Shown here one piece after another: positions 10,105-19,194 of a stretch of DNA of 64,000 nucleotides. The stretch comes from Eisenibacter elegans DSM 3317. GTDB taxonomy: Bacteria > Bacteroidota > Bacteroidia > Cytophagales > Microscillaceae. The notes beneath the pieces are model-generated. The model had not been told where the DNA came from. It ran no database searches and worked only from the letters and a program-made list of their open reading frames with translations. The position numbers and the translations under genes were made by a program. The DNA lies in the NCBI RefSeq assembly GCF_000430505.1, contig NZ_AUMD01000021.1:128001-192000 (forward strand), read 5' to 3'. The number at the start of each line of letters is the position of its first letter. The first letter of the stretch is position 1.

Positions 10105-11274
10105 ATGATGTTGAAAAAAATTTCGCTATTGGCAGCCTTACTAATATGTAGTACGGGCGGCTTATTTGCTCAAAATCCAGCTTTGTTGGGACAAGATACT
10201 ACCCGTAGGGTTATCAACACCTCCCTTCCTTTTTTGAACATAGCACCTGATGCCCGCTCTGCCGGTATGGGCGATATGGGTGTGGCGATGTCGCCAGATG
10301 CCAATACTACCCACTGGAACGCATCTAAAGTAGCTTTTCTAAAGAATAAATTTGGATTTGCGTTCTCTTACAGCCCTTGGTTACAGCGGTTTGTAGGGGA
10401 TATGTCGCTTTCTTATTTGTCGGGCTATTACAAAATCGACGAGCTACAAGGGCTTTCTTCTTCGCTACGCTATTTCAACTTGGGGAATTTCAGCTTCACA
10501 GATGACATAGGCAATCCCATCCGTGATTTTACTCCACGCGAGTTTGCCTTTGATGTGTCTTATGCCCGCAAGCTGTCTGAGCGGCTTAGCGTTGGGGTAA
10601 CGGCACGCTACTTGCACTCCAACCTGACGGCAGACCTGATCCTGTCGAACCAAACCGAAACCCGTGCGGTCAACTCGGCTTCTTTTGACCTGTCGATGTT
10701 CTATCAATCAGAGGCACTGGACTTTATGGGGCTAAACTCTTCTTTTGCCTTTGGTGCCAATTTGTCTAACTTAGGCCCTAAGGTGTCTTATTCTAATGCC
10801 AATGAGGCTGATTTTATCCCAACCAATTTGCGGGTAGGTTTTGCTTCTACCACCTACCTCGACGATTACAACAAGTTTACCTTCGGGATGGACTTCAACA
10901 AGCTACTAGTGCCTACTCCGCCACAGATAGATGGCCAAGGCAATATCATCAGTGGCCGCAATCCGCGAGATGTGGGTGTAATTCAGGGGATGGCTTCGGG
11001 CTTGTTCCAAGCGCCTGGAGGCTTCCGCGAAAAGATGCAAGAAGTCAGCATTGCTACCGGGGTAGAGTATTGGTACAACGACCTGATAGCTGCGCGCATT
11101 GGTTATTTTTATGAAAACGAAAATAAAGGCAACCGCCGTTACTTCACTATCGGCCTAGGGATGCGCTACAACCTCTTTGGTTTGGATGTGGCCTATCTGC
11201 TGCCACAAAACCAAAACAACCCCTTGGCCGAAACTTTGCGCTTTACCCTGTTGTTTGACTTCAAGAACGACTAA
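10105..11274 (+). CDS. porV: type IX secretion system outer-membrane protein PorV (LptO), FadL-like beta-barrel
   Basis: 389 aa with a signal peptide (LFAQNPALLG). N-terminal LPFLNIAPDARSAGMGDMGVAMSPDANTTHWN and C-terminal LRFTLLFDFKND (aromatic-rich terminal strand) match PorV. A conserved porU-porV pair. Confidence 0.8.
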   Translation: MMLKKISLLAALLICSTGGLFAQNPALLGQDTTRRVINTSLPFLNIAPDARSAGMGDMGVAMSPDANTTHWNASKVAFLKNKFGFAFSYSPWLQRFVGDMSLSYLSGYYKIDELQGLSSSLRYFNLGNFSFTDDIGNPIRDFTPREFAFDVSYARKLSERLSVGVTARYLHSNLTADLILSNQTETRAVNSASFDLSMFYQSEALDFMGLNSSFAFGANLSNLGPKVSYSNANEADFIPTNLRVGFASTTYLDDYNKFTFGMDFNKLLVPTPPQIDGQGNIISGRNPRDVGVIQGMASGLFQAPGGFREKMQEVSIATGVEYWYNDLIAARIGYFYENENKGNRRYFTIGLGMRYNLFGLDVAYLLPQNQNNPLAETLRFTLLFDFKND

Positions 11275-11377
11275 ACGCAAAGCCTTCCATAAACACTGGC
11301 GATTGCCGGAAAGTCGGGTGGTGTTTGGGATATTCCCAAGCACTGCCCTTATTTTTTTATGCCAAATCAATGTCTCT

Positions 11378-12676
11378 ATGTTGCTAGACCGAAGTAAAGC
11401 TCCTGATTTTCAGGTAATAGAAAATATATCGCCCCAAGAGGCGGTAGCCGAAACCCTGCCCAATGGGCTGAAGTTACATCATCTGAGCGCTGGTGTGCAG
11501 CCGGTGTGTTATCTGGAGTTGATGTTTGAAGCTGGCACAACCCACGCACAGAGCACCATTATCCCGTCGTTGACTTTCAAAATGTTGGCCGAAGGCACAC
11601 AAAAACGCAGCGCGGGGCAAATTAGCGAATATATGGATAATCTGGGGGCTTTTTGGGAAGTACGCAACACAGCTACTTATAGTAGCTTGGTAGTGTATGC
11701 CCCTACCAAACACCTAGCCGCTGTGTTGACCTTGTTTTTGGAGTTGGTAGAGCAACCCAGCTTTCCTGAAGAAAGCCTACATACCCTCAAACAAGTAACC
11801 AAACAAGGGATTTTGAATGGCTTGCAGAAAACAGCCTATGTAGCCTCTAAGGGGATTAGAGAAGCAACTCTCGGGGCAACCCACCCAGTAGCACTGACGG
11901 CCACGCCGGAGGAGGTAGACCAAATAGGGATGGCCGAACTCGAAGCGTTTTATCAGACCCATATCCGAGGACAAGTATTTGAGGTATTTGTAGCGGGTGC
12001 TTTAGCCCCCGAGCATCTCCAGTACCTCCGCAACTGCTTGGGAGCCTTACACTTCGGCGCAGCCAAGCCCGTTACGCAGTTGCCATTGGCACAACCAACA
12101 ACAGACCAACAAATATTTTTGCCACACGAAGCCAAGCTACAAAGCTCCATCCGAGTAGGGCGGGTGATGTTCCCCAAAAACGACCCCAACTTCTTTAAAG
12201 TACTTATCACCAACGAGTTGTTTGGAGGGTACTTTGGCTCGCGATTGATGAAAAACATTCGAGAAGACAAAGGGTACACCTACGGTATCTCTTCCCAATT
12301 TAGCAGTATTCCCAAAGGGGAAAGCCTATGGATAATCGGCACGGATGTGAAGGCAGAGTTTGCTGCGCAGACACTGGCCGAAATCAACGGCGAAATCAGG
12401 AAACTGCAAGAAGAACCTGTAGCAACAGCCGAACTAGAGCTTGTGCGGAACTATATGCGTGGTGCTTTTGCCGGCAGTATCAACAGCCCTTTTGAGCTGA
12501 TGAACAAGTACAAAGGAATATACCTCTTTGGGTTGGATTATTCATTTTTCAAAAGCTATTTTGAAGCCATCGCGACTATCAGCCCGGACGAAATACAACA
12601 GGTAATGCAACAATACTTCGACCCAAAGATGTTGCACACCGTGGTAGCAGGCGCAGCATCACCTTTTCAGGACTGA
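11378..12676 (+). CDS. M16 (insulinase) family protein lacking the HxxEH zinc motif (non-peptidase homologue)
   Basis: Start set at ATG 11378, in frame with track ORF 11177..12676 whose 5' extension overlaps porV. Overall M16 fold signatures are present. At the position where an active M16 has HFLEHM, this protein has no His pair (LELMFEAGTTHAQSTIIPSLTFKMLAEGT). Confidence 0.65.
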   Translation: MLLDRSKAPDFQVIENISPQEAVAETLPNGLKLHHLSAGVQPVCYLELMFEAGTTHAQSTIIPSLTFKMLAEGTQKRSAGQISEYMDNLGAFWEVRNTATYSSLVVYAPTKHLAAVLTLFLELVEQPSFPEESLHTLKQVTKQGILNGLQKTAYVASKGIREATLGATHPVALTATPEEVDQIGMAELEAFYQTHIRGQVFEVFVAGALAPEHLQYLRNCLGALHFGAAKPVTQLPLAQPTTDQQIFLPHEAKLQSSIRVGRVMFPKNDPNFFKVLITNELFGGYFGSRLMKNIREDKGYTYGISSQFSSIPKGESLWIIGTDVKAEFAAQTLAEINGEIRKLQEEPVATAELELVRNYMRGAFAGSINSPFELMNKYKGIYLFGLDYSFFKSYFEAIATISPDEIQQVMQQYFDPKMLHTVVAGAASPFQD

Positions 12677-12774
12677 TACGCTTGGTGGTAAAAAAAATAA
12701 GAATTGTTTGTACCTTTGGTCAACAATAGCTCTTTTGCAAGAGCTTATCATTACACTTTTAAGTCTCCACGATT

Positions 12775-13593
12775 ATGGCATACAACCTCTTGAAAGGCAA
12801 GCGCGGGATTATCTCTGGTGCGCTCGACCAAAACTCTATCGCTTGGAAAATCGCCCTTCGCGCCAAAGAAGAAGGGGCAAGCTTTACCCTAACCAATGCC
12901 CCGGTGGCTCTGCGCCTAGGAACATTGCAGACCTTGGGCGAGCAATGTGAAGCGCCTATCATCGCTGCCGATGCAACCAGCGTAGACGACCTGACCAAGC
13001 TCTACCAAGAATCAATGGATGTACTGGGCGGTAAAATCGACTTTGTGTTACACGCTATCGGAATGAGCCCCAATGTGCGCAAAGGACGGGATTATGGAGA
13101 TTTGAACTATGACTGGTTTTTGAAAAGCATCGATATCTCGGCGCTTTCATTCCACAAAATGCTCCAAACTGCCGAAAAACTCGATGCGCTCAACGACTAC
13201 GCCTCTGTAGTAGGGCTGTCATACATTGCTGCACAACGTACCTTCGACAGCTACTCGGATATGGCCCAGGCCAAGGCTGTGTTGGAGTCTATCGCCCGCA
13301 GCTATGGGGCACGCTTGGGCAAGACCAAGAAAGTACGTGTAAATACCGTCTCTCAATCACCTACCCAAACTACTGCCGGCACTGGCATCGACGGCTTCGA
13401 CGTGTTTTTTGATTATGCTGACGCAATGTCGCCCTTGGGCAATGCGACTGCCGAAGAATGTGCCGATTATGTCATCACGTTGTTCTCTGATCTGACCCGT
13501 AAGGTAACGATGCAAAACCTCTTCCACGATGGAGGCTTCTCGTGTTCAGGCATTACCGACGAAATTATTGAGAGGCTCAAACCCAAACAATAA
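12775..13593 (+). CDS. fabI: enoyl-[acyl-carrier-protein] reductase (NADH), FabI
   Basis: LKGKRGIISGALDQNSIAWKIA... , LSYIAAQRTFDSYSDMAQAKAVLES (Tyr/Lys catalytic pair) and C-terminal HDGGFS match FabI across its full length. Confidence 0.85.
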   Translation: MAYNLLKGKRGIISGALDQNSIAWKIALRAKEEGASFTLTNAPVALRLGTLQTLGEQCEAPIIAADATSVDDLTKLYQESMDVLGGKIDFVLHAIGMSPNVRKGRDYGDLNYDWFLKSIDISALSFHKMLQTAEKLDALNDYASVVGLSYIAAQRTFDSYSDMAQAKAVLESIARSYGARLGKTKKVRVNTVSQSPTQTTAGTGIDGFDVFFDYADAMSPLGNATAEECADYVITLFSDLTRKVTMQNLFHDGGFSCSGITDEIIERLKPKQ

Positions 13594-13612
13594 GCCCTCA
13601 ACACTAGCCAAT

Positions 13613-13648
13613 TCCCTTGTTACACTGCGTAGCAAGGGATTTTTTGTG
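13613..13648 (+). terminator. rho-independent terminator after fabI
   Basis: A 7-bp stem (TCCCTTG / CAAGGGA) with a 13-nt loop, followed by TTTTTTGTG, 20 bp after the fabI stop. Confidence 0.5.
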
Positions 13649-13914
13649 CTATTAGCTTGCAAATACTACCAAAACTTACTAATTTCGGAAGCCTTGAATG
13701 AGCCAAGCCCCATACTCTTGTACCCTGCCACAAATCCACAACCAAAACTGTGGATTTGATGAGTACAAAATCTTGGCTTTGTAGCAAACAAGGTCTTTCA
13801 TAACTCTGAAGCTAGGGCTTCGGATTTATTTTGCCCAAAATGTCGGGCAGTACACCAAGACCTCCACAAATACCGACACCTTTTTGCTTTTCCTATTTTT
13901 GATTTTTTTGAGAT

Positions 13915-16101
13915 ATGACCAACGCCAAAACTACCCATATACCTGTCGAAACTAACGGCAAGACCCGTACCCAACCCGCCAGCAGCCGCAGCCGAACAAG
14001 TACACTTATCAATAAGAGTAACTACATCAGCCGCGATTTGAGCTGGTTGCAGTTCAACGATCGGGTGCTTGACCAAGCCCGAACACCCTCCCGTACTATC
14101 TTTGAAAGGCTGAAGTTTTTGGCCATTACGGCCTCCAACTTGGACGAGTTTTTTATGATTCGTGTAGGAAGCCTTTACAACTATATCGACTACAGTAAGG
14201 AGCGGGTCGATTATTCGGGGTTGCGCGAGCGGCCATTCAAAAAAATCTTGTTTGAAGCCATTCAAGCCTTTACCAAAACACAACATCAGTGTTTTCAACA
14301 AGAGCTATTGCCCGAATTCAGTAAAAACGGCCTACAAATAGCCAAAGTCAGTGAGCTACGCCCCGAAGAGCAAGCCCAAGTAGCCAATTATTTTATGTAT
14401 ACGCTCTTCCCGATGCTTACCCCGATGGCATATGACAATTATCGCAGCTTCCCGCTGTTGATGAACAAGCTGATGTGTTTTGGGGTCGTTACCAAAGGCA
14501 GCTCCGTAGACAAAGAGGAGGAGCGCCTCTCCTTTGTGCAAATTCCCCAAAATTTGCCGCGTTTTTATGAAATCGACAGGGAAGACACCCTTGTCTTCGT
14601 TCCGATAGAGGAAATCATCCGTACACACATCGACAAGCTCTATCGTAACATCGAAATCTTACAACTCTCGCTCTTCCGCATCACCCGCAACGGCGACATT
14701 ACCCTAGAAGAAAGCGACGACATAGAGCAGGACTTCATAGATGAAATCAAGATTAAGCTCAAAACCCGAAAAACCGGACGTGCCGTCCGGATAGAGGTAG
14801 AGAGAGGCTTCTCCGAGCGCACCATCCGCACATTGCGCAAGCGCTGGGGGTTGGAAGAAGATAATATCTTCGTAACGGATAGCCTGCTTGACTACACAGG
14901 GCTGTTCCAAATAGCCCTACACGATGAGTTCAGAGACCGCATCCCAAGTATCAGTCCTAGTGTGGCTCCGGTGGGGATGAATGAGCCGGATGTAGATATC
15001 TTTGAGCTTATCAAAAAACAGGACTTGCTCTTACATCACCCCTTCAACAGCTTCGAGCCGGTATTGGAGCTGTTAGAAGCCGCCGCCGAAGACGAGGATG
15101 TATTGGCAATCAAAATCACTATCTATCGCCTTTCCAAAAACTCCCGCGTGTCTACAGCCTTGCTCAAGGCCGCTGAAAATGGCAAACACGTATCGGTGTT
15201 GTTTGAGCTAAAGGCTAGGTTTGACGAAGAAAATAATATCCGCGAGGCCGAACGCCTACAAAAAGCCGGCTGCTTTGTGATTTATGGCTTCAATCGCTAT
15301 AAAACACACACCAAGCTGATGCTGATTGTTCGTAAGGAAGACAACCAAGTGGTGCGTTATGTACATATGTCTAGCGGCAACTACAACGAATCTACCGCCC
15401 GACTGTATACTGATATTGGGCTGCTAAGTGCGAGGGAGGGCTATGGGCAAGATATTTCGGAGTTTTTCAATGTCATCACAGGGCATTCCCAGCCTTTGGG
15501 CTACCGCAATCTCATTACATCGCCCAACACGATGCGCGATGCGCTGATAGCGCTCTTGAGGCGCGAAGCCGAAAATGCAGCTAAAGGACTGGCCTGTGGC
15601 GTGGTGATTAAAATCAACTCACTTGAAGACCAGCGCATTATCGACGAGCTGTATTTGGCCTCTCAGGCAGGGGTGCCTATCAAGTTGATTGTTAGGGGAA
15701 TATGTTGCTTGCGTCCACAACGAAAAGGGCTGAGCGAAAACATCGAGGTCATCTCTTTGGTGGGAGATTTGTTGGAACATAGCCGTATTTATTACTTCCA
15801 TAACAACGGCAAACCGCAAGTATATGGAGGGAGTGCCGATGCGATGGTACGCAGCTTTGACCGCCGGATAGAATCGTTGTTCCTGATTACGGATGAGTCT
15901 GTCTTGTCTCAAATCATTACTATCTTAGACATCAACCTTAAGGATAATGTCAATGGCTATGTGATGCAGGAGGATGGCAGCTATGTGCACAAAGTGCCAG
16001 CGGCGGGAGAGGTGTTGGTCAATCTACACGAAGCTTTTTTTGATATGCAGGGTTTGCTCCAACAGCCTACCCAGCTTTTTATGGATAAAAAAACGCGCTA
16101 G
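13915..16101 (+). CDS. ppk: polyphosphate kinase 1
   Basis: 728 aa. N-terminal YISRDLSWLQFNDRVLDQA...ERLKFLAITASNLDEFFMIRV, a central phospholipase-D-like His motif and overall length match PPK1. Confidence 0.9.
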   Translation: MTNAKTTHIPVETNGKTRTQPASSRSRTSTLINKSNYISRDLSWLQFNDRVLDQARTPSRTIFERLKFLAITASNLDEFFMIRVGSLYNYIDYSKERVDYSGLRERPFKKILFEAIQAFTKTQHQCFQQELLPEFSKNGLQIAKVSELRPEEQAQVANYFMYTLFPMLTPMAYDNYRSFPLLMNKLMCFGVVTKGSSVDKEEERLSFVQIPQNLPRFYEIDREDTLVFVPIEEIIRTHIDKLYRNIEILQLSLFRITRNGDITLEESDDIEQDFIDEIKIKLKTRKTGRAVRIEVERGFSERTIRTLRKRWGLEEDNIFVTDSLLDYTGLFQIALHDEFRDRIPSISPSVAPVGMNEPDVDIFELIKKQDLLLHHPFNSFEPVLELLEAAAEDEDVLAIKITIYRLSKNSRVSTALLKAAENGKHVSVLFELKARFDEENNIREAERLQKAGCFVIYGFNRYKTHTKLMLIVRKEDNQVVRYVHMSSGNYNESTARLYTDIGLLSAREGYGQDISEFFNVITGHSQPLGYRNLITSPNTMRDALIALLRREAENAAKGLACGVVIKINSLEDQRIIDELYLASQAGVPIKLIVRGICCLRPQRKGLSENIEVISLVGDLLEHSRIYYFHNNGKPQVYGGSADAMVRSFDRRIESLFLITDESVLSQIITILDINLKDNVNGYVMQEDGSYVHKVPAAGEVLVNLHEAFFDMQGLLQQPTQLFMDKKTR

Positions 16102-16314
16102 TGATGTAGGCACTGACGCGTGTCAAGGGTTCCTTCAGGATAGTTTTGCAAGCCCTATTCTGAAGGAGATACACCAAAGTAGGGGTAAACACCAAAATCA
16201 ACGAACATCTTATATACCCGATGGAAAGTAGTTTGGGAAATTGATACATCAAAAATTAATGGTAATCAAGCAAATACTAGTCAGTGTACATACCTTTCAA
16301 ACAAACATAAACCT

Positions 16315-16716
16315 ATGGTCAATTTATTCAAAACTCGCCAAATCAGGGATGCAATCAATGCTAAGCCCGAAGAAGTTCAGGAGATTATAAACGCTTCCGA
16401 ATATGGTATTTGCATTACCAATGCATCAGGCAACTTCGCCTATGTCAATGACAAATACACCGAGATTTATGGATATAGCCGGGAAGAGTTAGTAGGCCAA
16501 CACTTTTTGATGGTTGTACCTGAGGAATCCAAAGAGCACCTCAATGACTTACACGAGGATTTTATTGCCTCTCAGAGAGAAATATCGCGTAGTTGGGTAG
16601 TGCTCAACAAGGCCGGCAAGCGGATGCGAATCACGGTAGATGCGCGTTTTTCGGATAAGCTGAACAAACAGCCTCACAAAATCACTTTTGTTGAACTGCT
16701 CGAAATACTGGACTAA
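16315..16716 (+). CDS. stand-alone PAS-domain protein
   Basis: 133 aa. GICITNASGNFAYVNDKYTEIYGYSREELVGQHFLMVVPEE is a PAS S-box core. Confidence 0.55.
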   Translation: MVNLFKTRQIRDAINAKPEEVQEIINASEYGICITNASGNFAYVNDKYTEIYGYSREELVGQHFLMVVPEESKEHLNDLHEDFIASQREISRSWVVLNKAGKRMRITVDARFSDKLNKQPHKITFVELLEILD

Positions 16717-16741
16717 ACACACCACTGGACACTTCTCAAAT

Positions 16742-16860
16742 CCCACTGTGGGCTAAGTCTTATTTTACCCCAAAATGAGGCCTTGGCTTATCTCGGAGCT
16801 CCGGCTTCGAGATATTGTTCCAAAAATGCCCGGCAGGGTGTGGACTGAGCTAGGCCATCG
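16742..16860. repeat. copy A of a ~100-bp intergenic repeat (second copy at 62316-62415)
   Basis: Shares ACTGTGGGC, CCCCAAAATGAGGCCTT, TCTC.GAG and TTCCAAAAATG blocks in the same order with the region after cysN. Confidence 0.5.
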
Positions 16861-17056
16861 CCTCGACAAGACTCCGATTGCTGTGTTTTTTGCTTCAAGA
16901 TACTTTCCATTTAGCCCTGTAATAGGGCTGTTGGTAGGGTAAGAATAGTTATTGAGCCAAAAAATACCACTATATCCTTGTTTTGTATAGTTTTGTGTGT
17001 TGGGGTGCTGAGCAACAGCACCTCGGTTGATTGATTTTACAAACCATATCACTTTT

Positions 17057-18949
17057 ATGCAATACACAAAACGCTACCCGCTATATCTGTTGCTCTGGCT
17101 ATGGCTGGGCTTGAGTGCCTTCGTAGGCTATGCCCAAACGGAAGAGTTTTTGCCTCAAGAGCATTATAACAAACAGGAGGTCTATATTACCATGCGCGAT
17201 GGGGTGAAGCTCTTCACCGCCATTTATACGCCCAAAGACATTAGCAAAACCAACAAATACCCTATCCTGATGCAGCGTACTTGCTACAGTGTAGGGCCTT
17301 ATGGAGTGGAAAACTTTCCGAAGCGTTTGGGGCCTTCTGAAACGCTGATGCGCGAAAAGTATATCTTCGTCTATCAGGATGTGCGTGGCAGGTTTATGTC
17401 TGAAGGCGAGTTTGACAATATGCGCCCACAACTGGAACAAGGCGTAAAACACCCCAAGAACGCCATTGATGAGAGCACCGATACCCACGATACCATCGAC
17501 TGGCTGGTCAAAAATGTACCCCACAACAACGGCAACGTAGGCCAGTGGGGCATCTCATACCCAGGATTTTATAGTGCTGTAGGTACTTTGGCTAACCACC
17601 CCGCCCTCAAGGCTTCGTCGCCACAGGCACCCATTGCCGATTTTTATTTTGACGATTTCCACCACCACGGCGCTTATTTCTTGAGTTATTTTTTGGCTAC
17701 CCCCGTGTTTGGCTATCAGAAAACAGCCCCTACTGACAAGCCTTGGTACCAAATGGTACGCCCTGAAACCCGCGACGGCTATCAGTTTTACCTCGATATG
17801 GGGCCGCTCAGCAATGCGAGCAAATATTATGGAGAGGACAACATCTTCTGGAAGCAACTCTCCGAACATCCCGATTATGACGGGTTTTGGCAGAAGCGTA
17901 ACCTGCTTCCACACCTCAAAAACGTAAAGCACGCCGTGATGACCGTCGGCGGATGGTTTGATGCCGAAGACCTCTACGGTCCGCTCAACATCTACAAAAC
18001 CCTAGAGCGCAACAACCCGGGCATCAACAATACTATCGTAATGGGCCCTTGGAGCCACGGCGATTGGGCGCGCAACAGCGGAGACCAAGTCATCAACCAC
18101 ATTTCTTTTGGCAAAAACATCTCGAAGTTTTACCAAGAAGAAATCGAAGCGCCGTTTTTCCGCTACCACCTCAAAGGCGGCGATACCCCCAAGCTACCCG
18201 AAGCCTACCTTTTCGATACCGGACGCAAAGAATGGGCTAAGTTTGATCAATGGCCGCTGCCACAAGCACAAAAAACAGCCTTTTACTTCCACCCCAAGGG
18301 AAAACTCAGCACCCAAGCCCCTAACAATGCCGAGGGTGTATCGACCTTCGTAAGCGACCCCGACAAGCCCGTTCCTTATACCGAGGACATCAAGATTGTG
18401 TTTACCCCACGACAGTATATGACCGGCGACCAACGCTTTGCTGCCCGCCGCCCTGATGTGCTGGTGTTCCAAACCGAGCCCTTGACAGAGGACCTCACCA
18501 TTGCCGGGGAGATTATGGCCAAGCTTAAGGTAGCCATCACGGGTACGGATGCCGACTGGGTCGTAAAACTTATCGATGTATACCCTGACGACACGCCTAA
18601 CGATGAGTTTACCCCAAAACACAAGCAGCTCAGCGGTTACCAACAAATGGTGCGCAGCGAGGTAATCCGTGGGCGCTATCGCAACAGCTACGAAAAGCCC
18701 GAACCCTTTACGCCCAACCAAGTAACCGACATCAACCTTCCACTGCAAGATGTGTTACACACCTTCAAAAAAGGCCATCGACTGATGATTCAGGTGCAAA
18801 GTACTTGGTTTCCCCTCATCGACCGCAACCCACAGAAGTATGTCGACAACATCTTCAAAGCCAAAGAAGAGGACTTTATCAAAGCTACCCACAGCGTGTT
18901 TCACAACAAAGTACATAGCTCTCTCATCGAGCTGCCTGTATTGAAATAA
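17057..18949 (+). CDS. CocE/NonD family hydrolase (S15 X-Pro dipeptidyl-peptidase-like)
   Basis: The track ORF starts at a TTG (17027); the first ATG is 17057. Signal peptide present. YTPKD...YPILMQRTCY...GNVGQWGISYPGFY (nucleophile Ser in GxSYxG) and a C-terminal beta-sandwich region fit the family. Confidence 0.75.
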   Translation: MQYTKRYPLYLLLWLWLGLSAFVGYAQTEEFLPQEHYNKQEVYITMRDGVKLFTAIYTPKDISKTNKYPILMQRTCYSVGPYGVENFPKRLGPSETLMREKYIFVYQDVRGRFMSEGEFDNMRPQLEQGVKHPKNAIDESTDTHDTIDWLVKNVPHNNGNVGQWGISYPGFYSAVGTLANHPALKASSPQAPIADFYFDDFHHHGAYFLSYFLATPVFGYQKTAPTDKPWYQMVRPETRDGYQFYLDMGPLSNASKYYGEDNIFWKQLSEHPDYDGFWQKRNLLPHLKNVKHAVMTVGGWFDAEDLYGPLNIYKTLERNNPGINNTIVMGPWSHGDWARNSGDQVINHISFGKNISKFYQEEIEAPFFRYHLKGGDTPKLPEAYLFDTGRKEWAKFDQWPLPQAQKTAFYFHPKGKLSTQAPNNAEGVSTFVSDPDKPVPYTEDIKIVFTPRQYMTGDQRFAARRPDVLVFQTEPLTEDLTIAGEIMAKLKVAITGTDADWVVKLIDVYPDDTPNDEFTPKHKQLSGYQQMVRSEVIRGRYRNSYEKPEPFTPNQVTDINLPLQDVLHTFKKGHRLMIQVQSTWFPLIDRNPQKYVDNIFKAKEEDFIKATHSVFHNKVHSSLIELPVLK

Positions 18950-18956
18950 AATCTTC

Positions 18957-18991
18957 AAACGCTCTAAAGGTTCTAAATCTTTAGAGCGTTT
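18957..18991. terminator. bidirectional hairpin terminator between convergent genes
   Basis: Perfect 13-bp inverted repeat AAACGCTCTAAAG / CTTTAGAGCGTTT with a 9-nt loop. Flanked by A/T runs on both sides. Lies between the CocE/NonD stop (18949) and the M16 stop (19195). Confidence 0.55.
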
Positions 18992-19194
18992 CGTATAAAA
19001 AATCAGGTCTTTTCGAAGCTTTGGCATAAATCCCTACCGACAGACTTGTAAACCTATCGGCAGGGATATTTTTCAATAGAGTTGCGCTATCCATTCTGCG
19101 CTCCAAAAGGATGGAGTGTTTATAGAGCATCAGTGCGTTGAAAGTGCGCTCTTTACGGAGTTGATTAGCTGGGGTTGTTCAACTCAAACTGAAT

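Noticed and set aside
11177-11377. 5' extension of the M16-like ORF overlapping the end of porV
   Set aside because: It would require a 98-bp same-strand overlap with porV. The M16-like homology begins only after ATG 11378.
18194-18748. 184-aa minus-strand ORF
   Set aside because: Antisense to the CocE/NonD hydrolase. No recognisable motifs.
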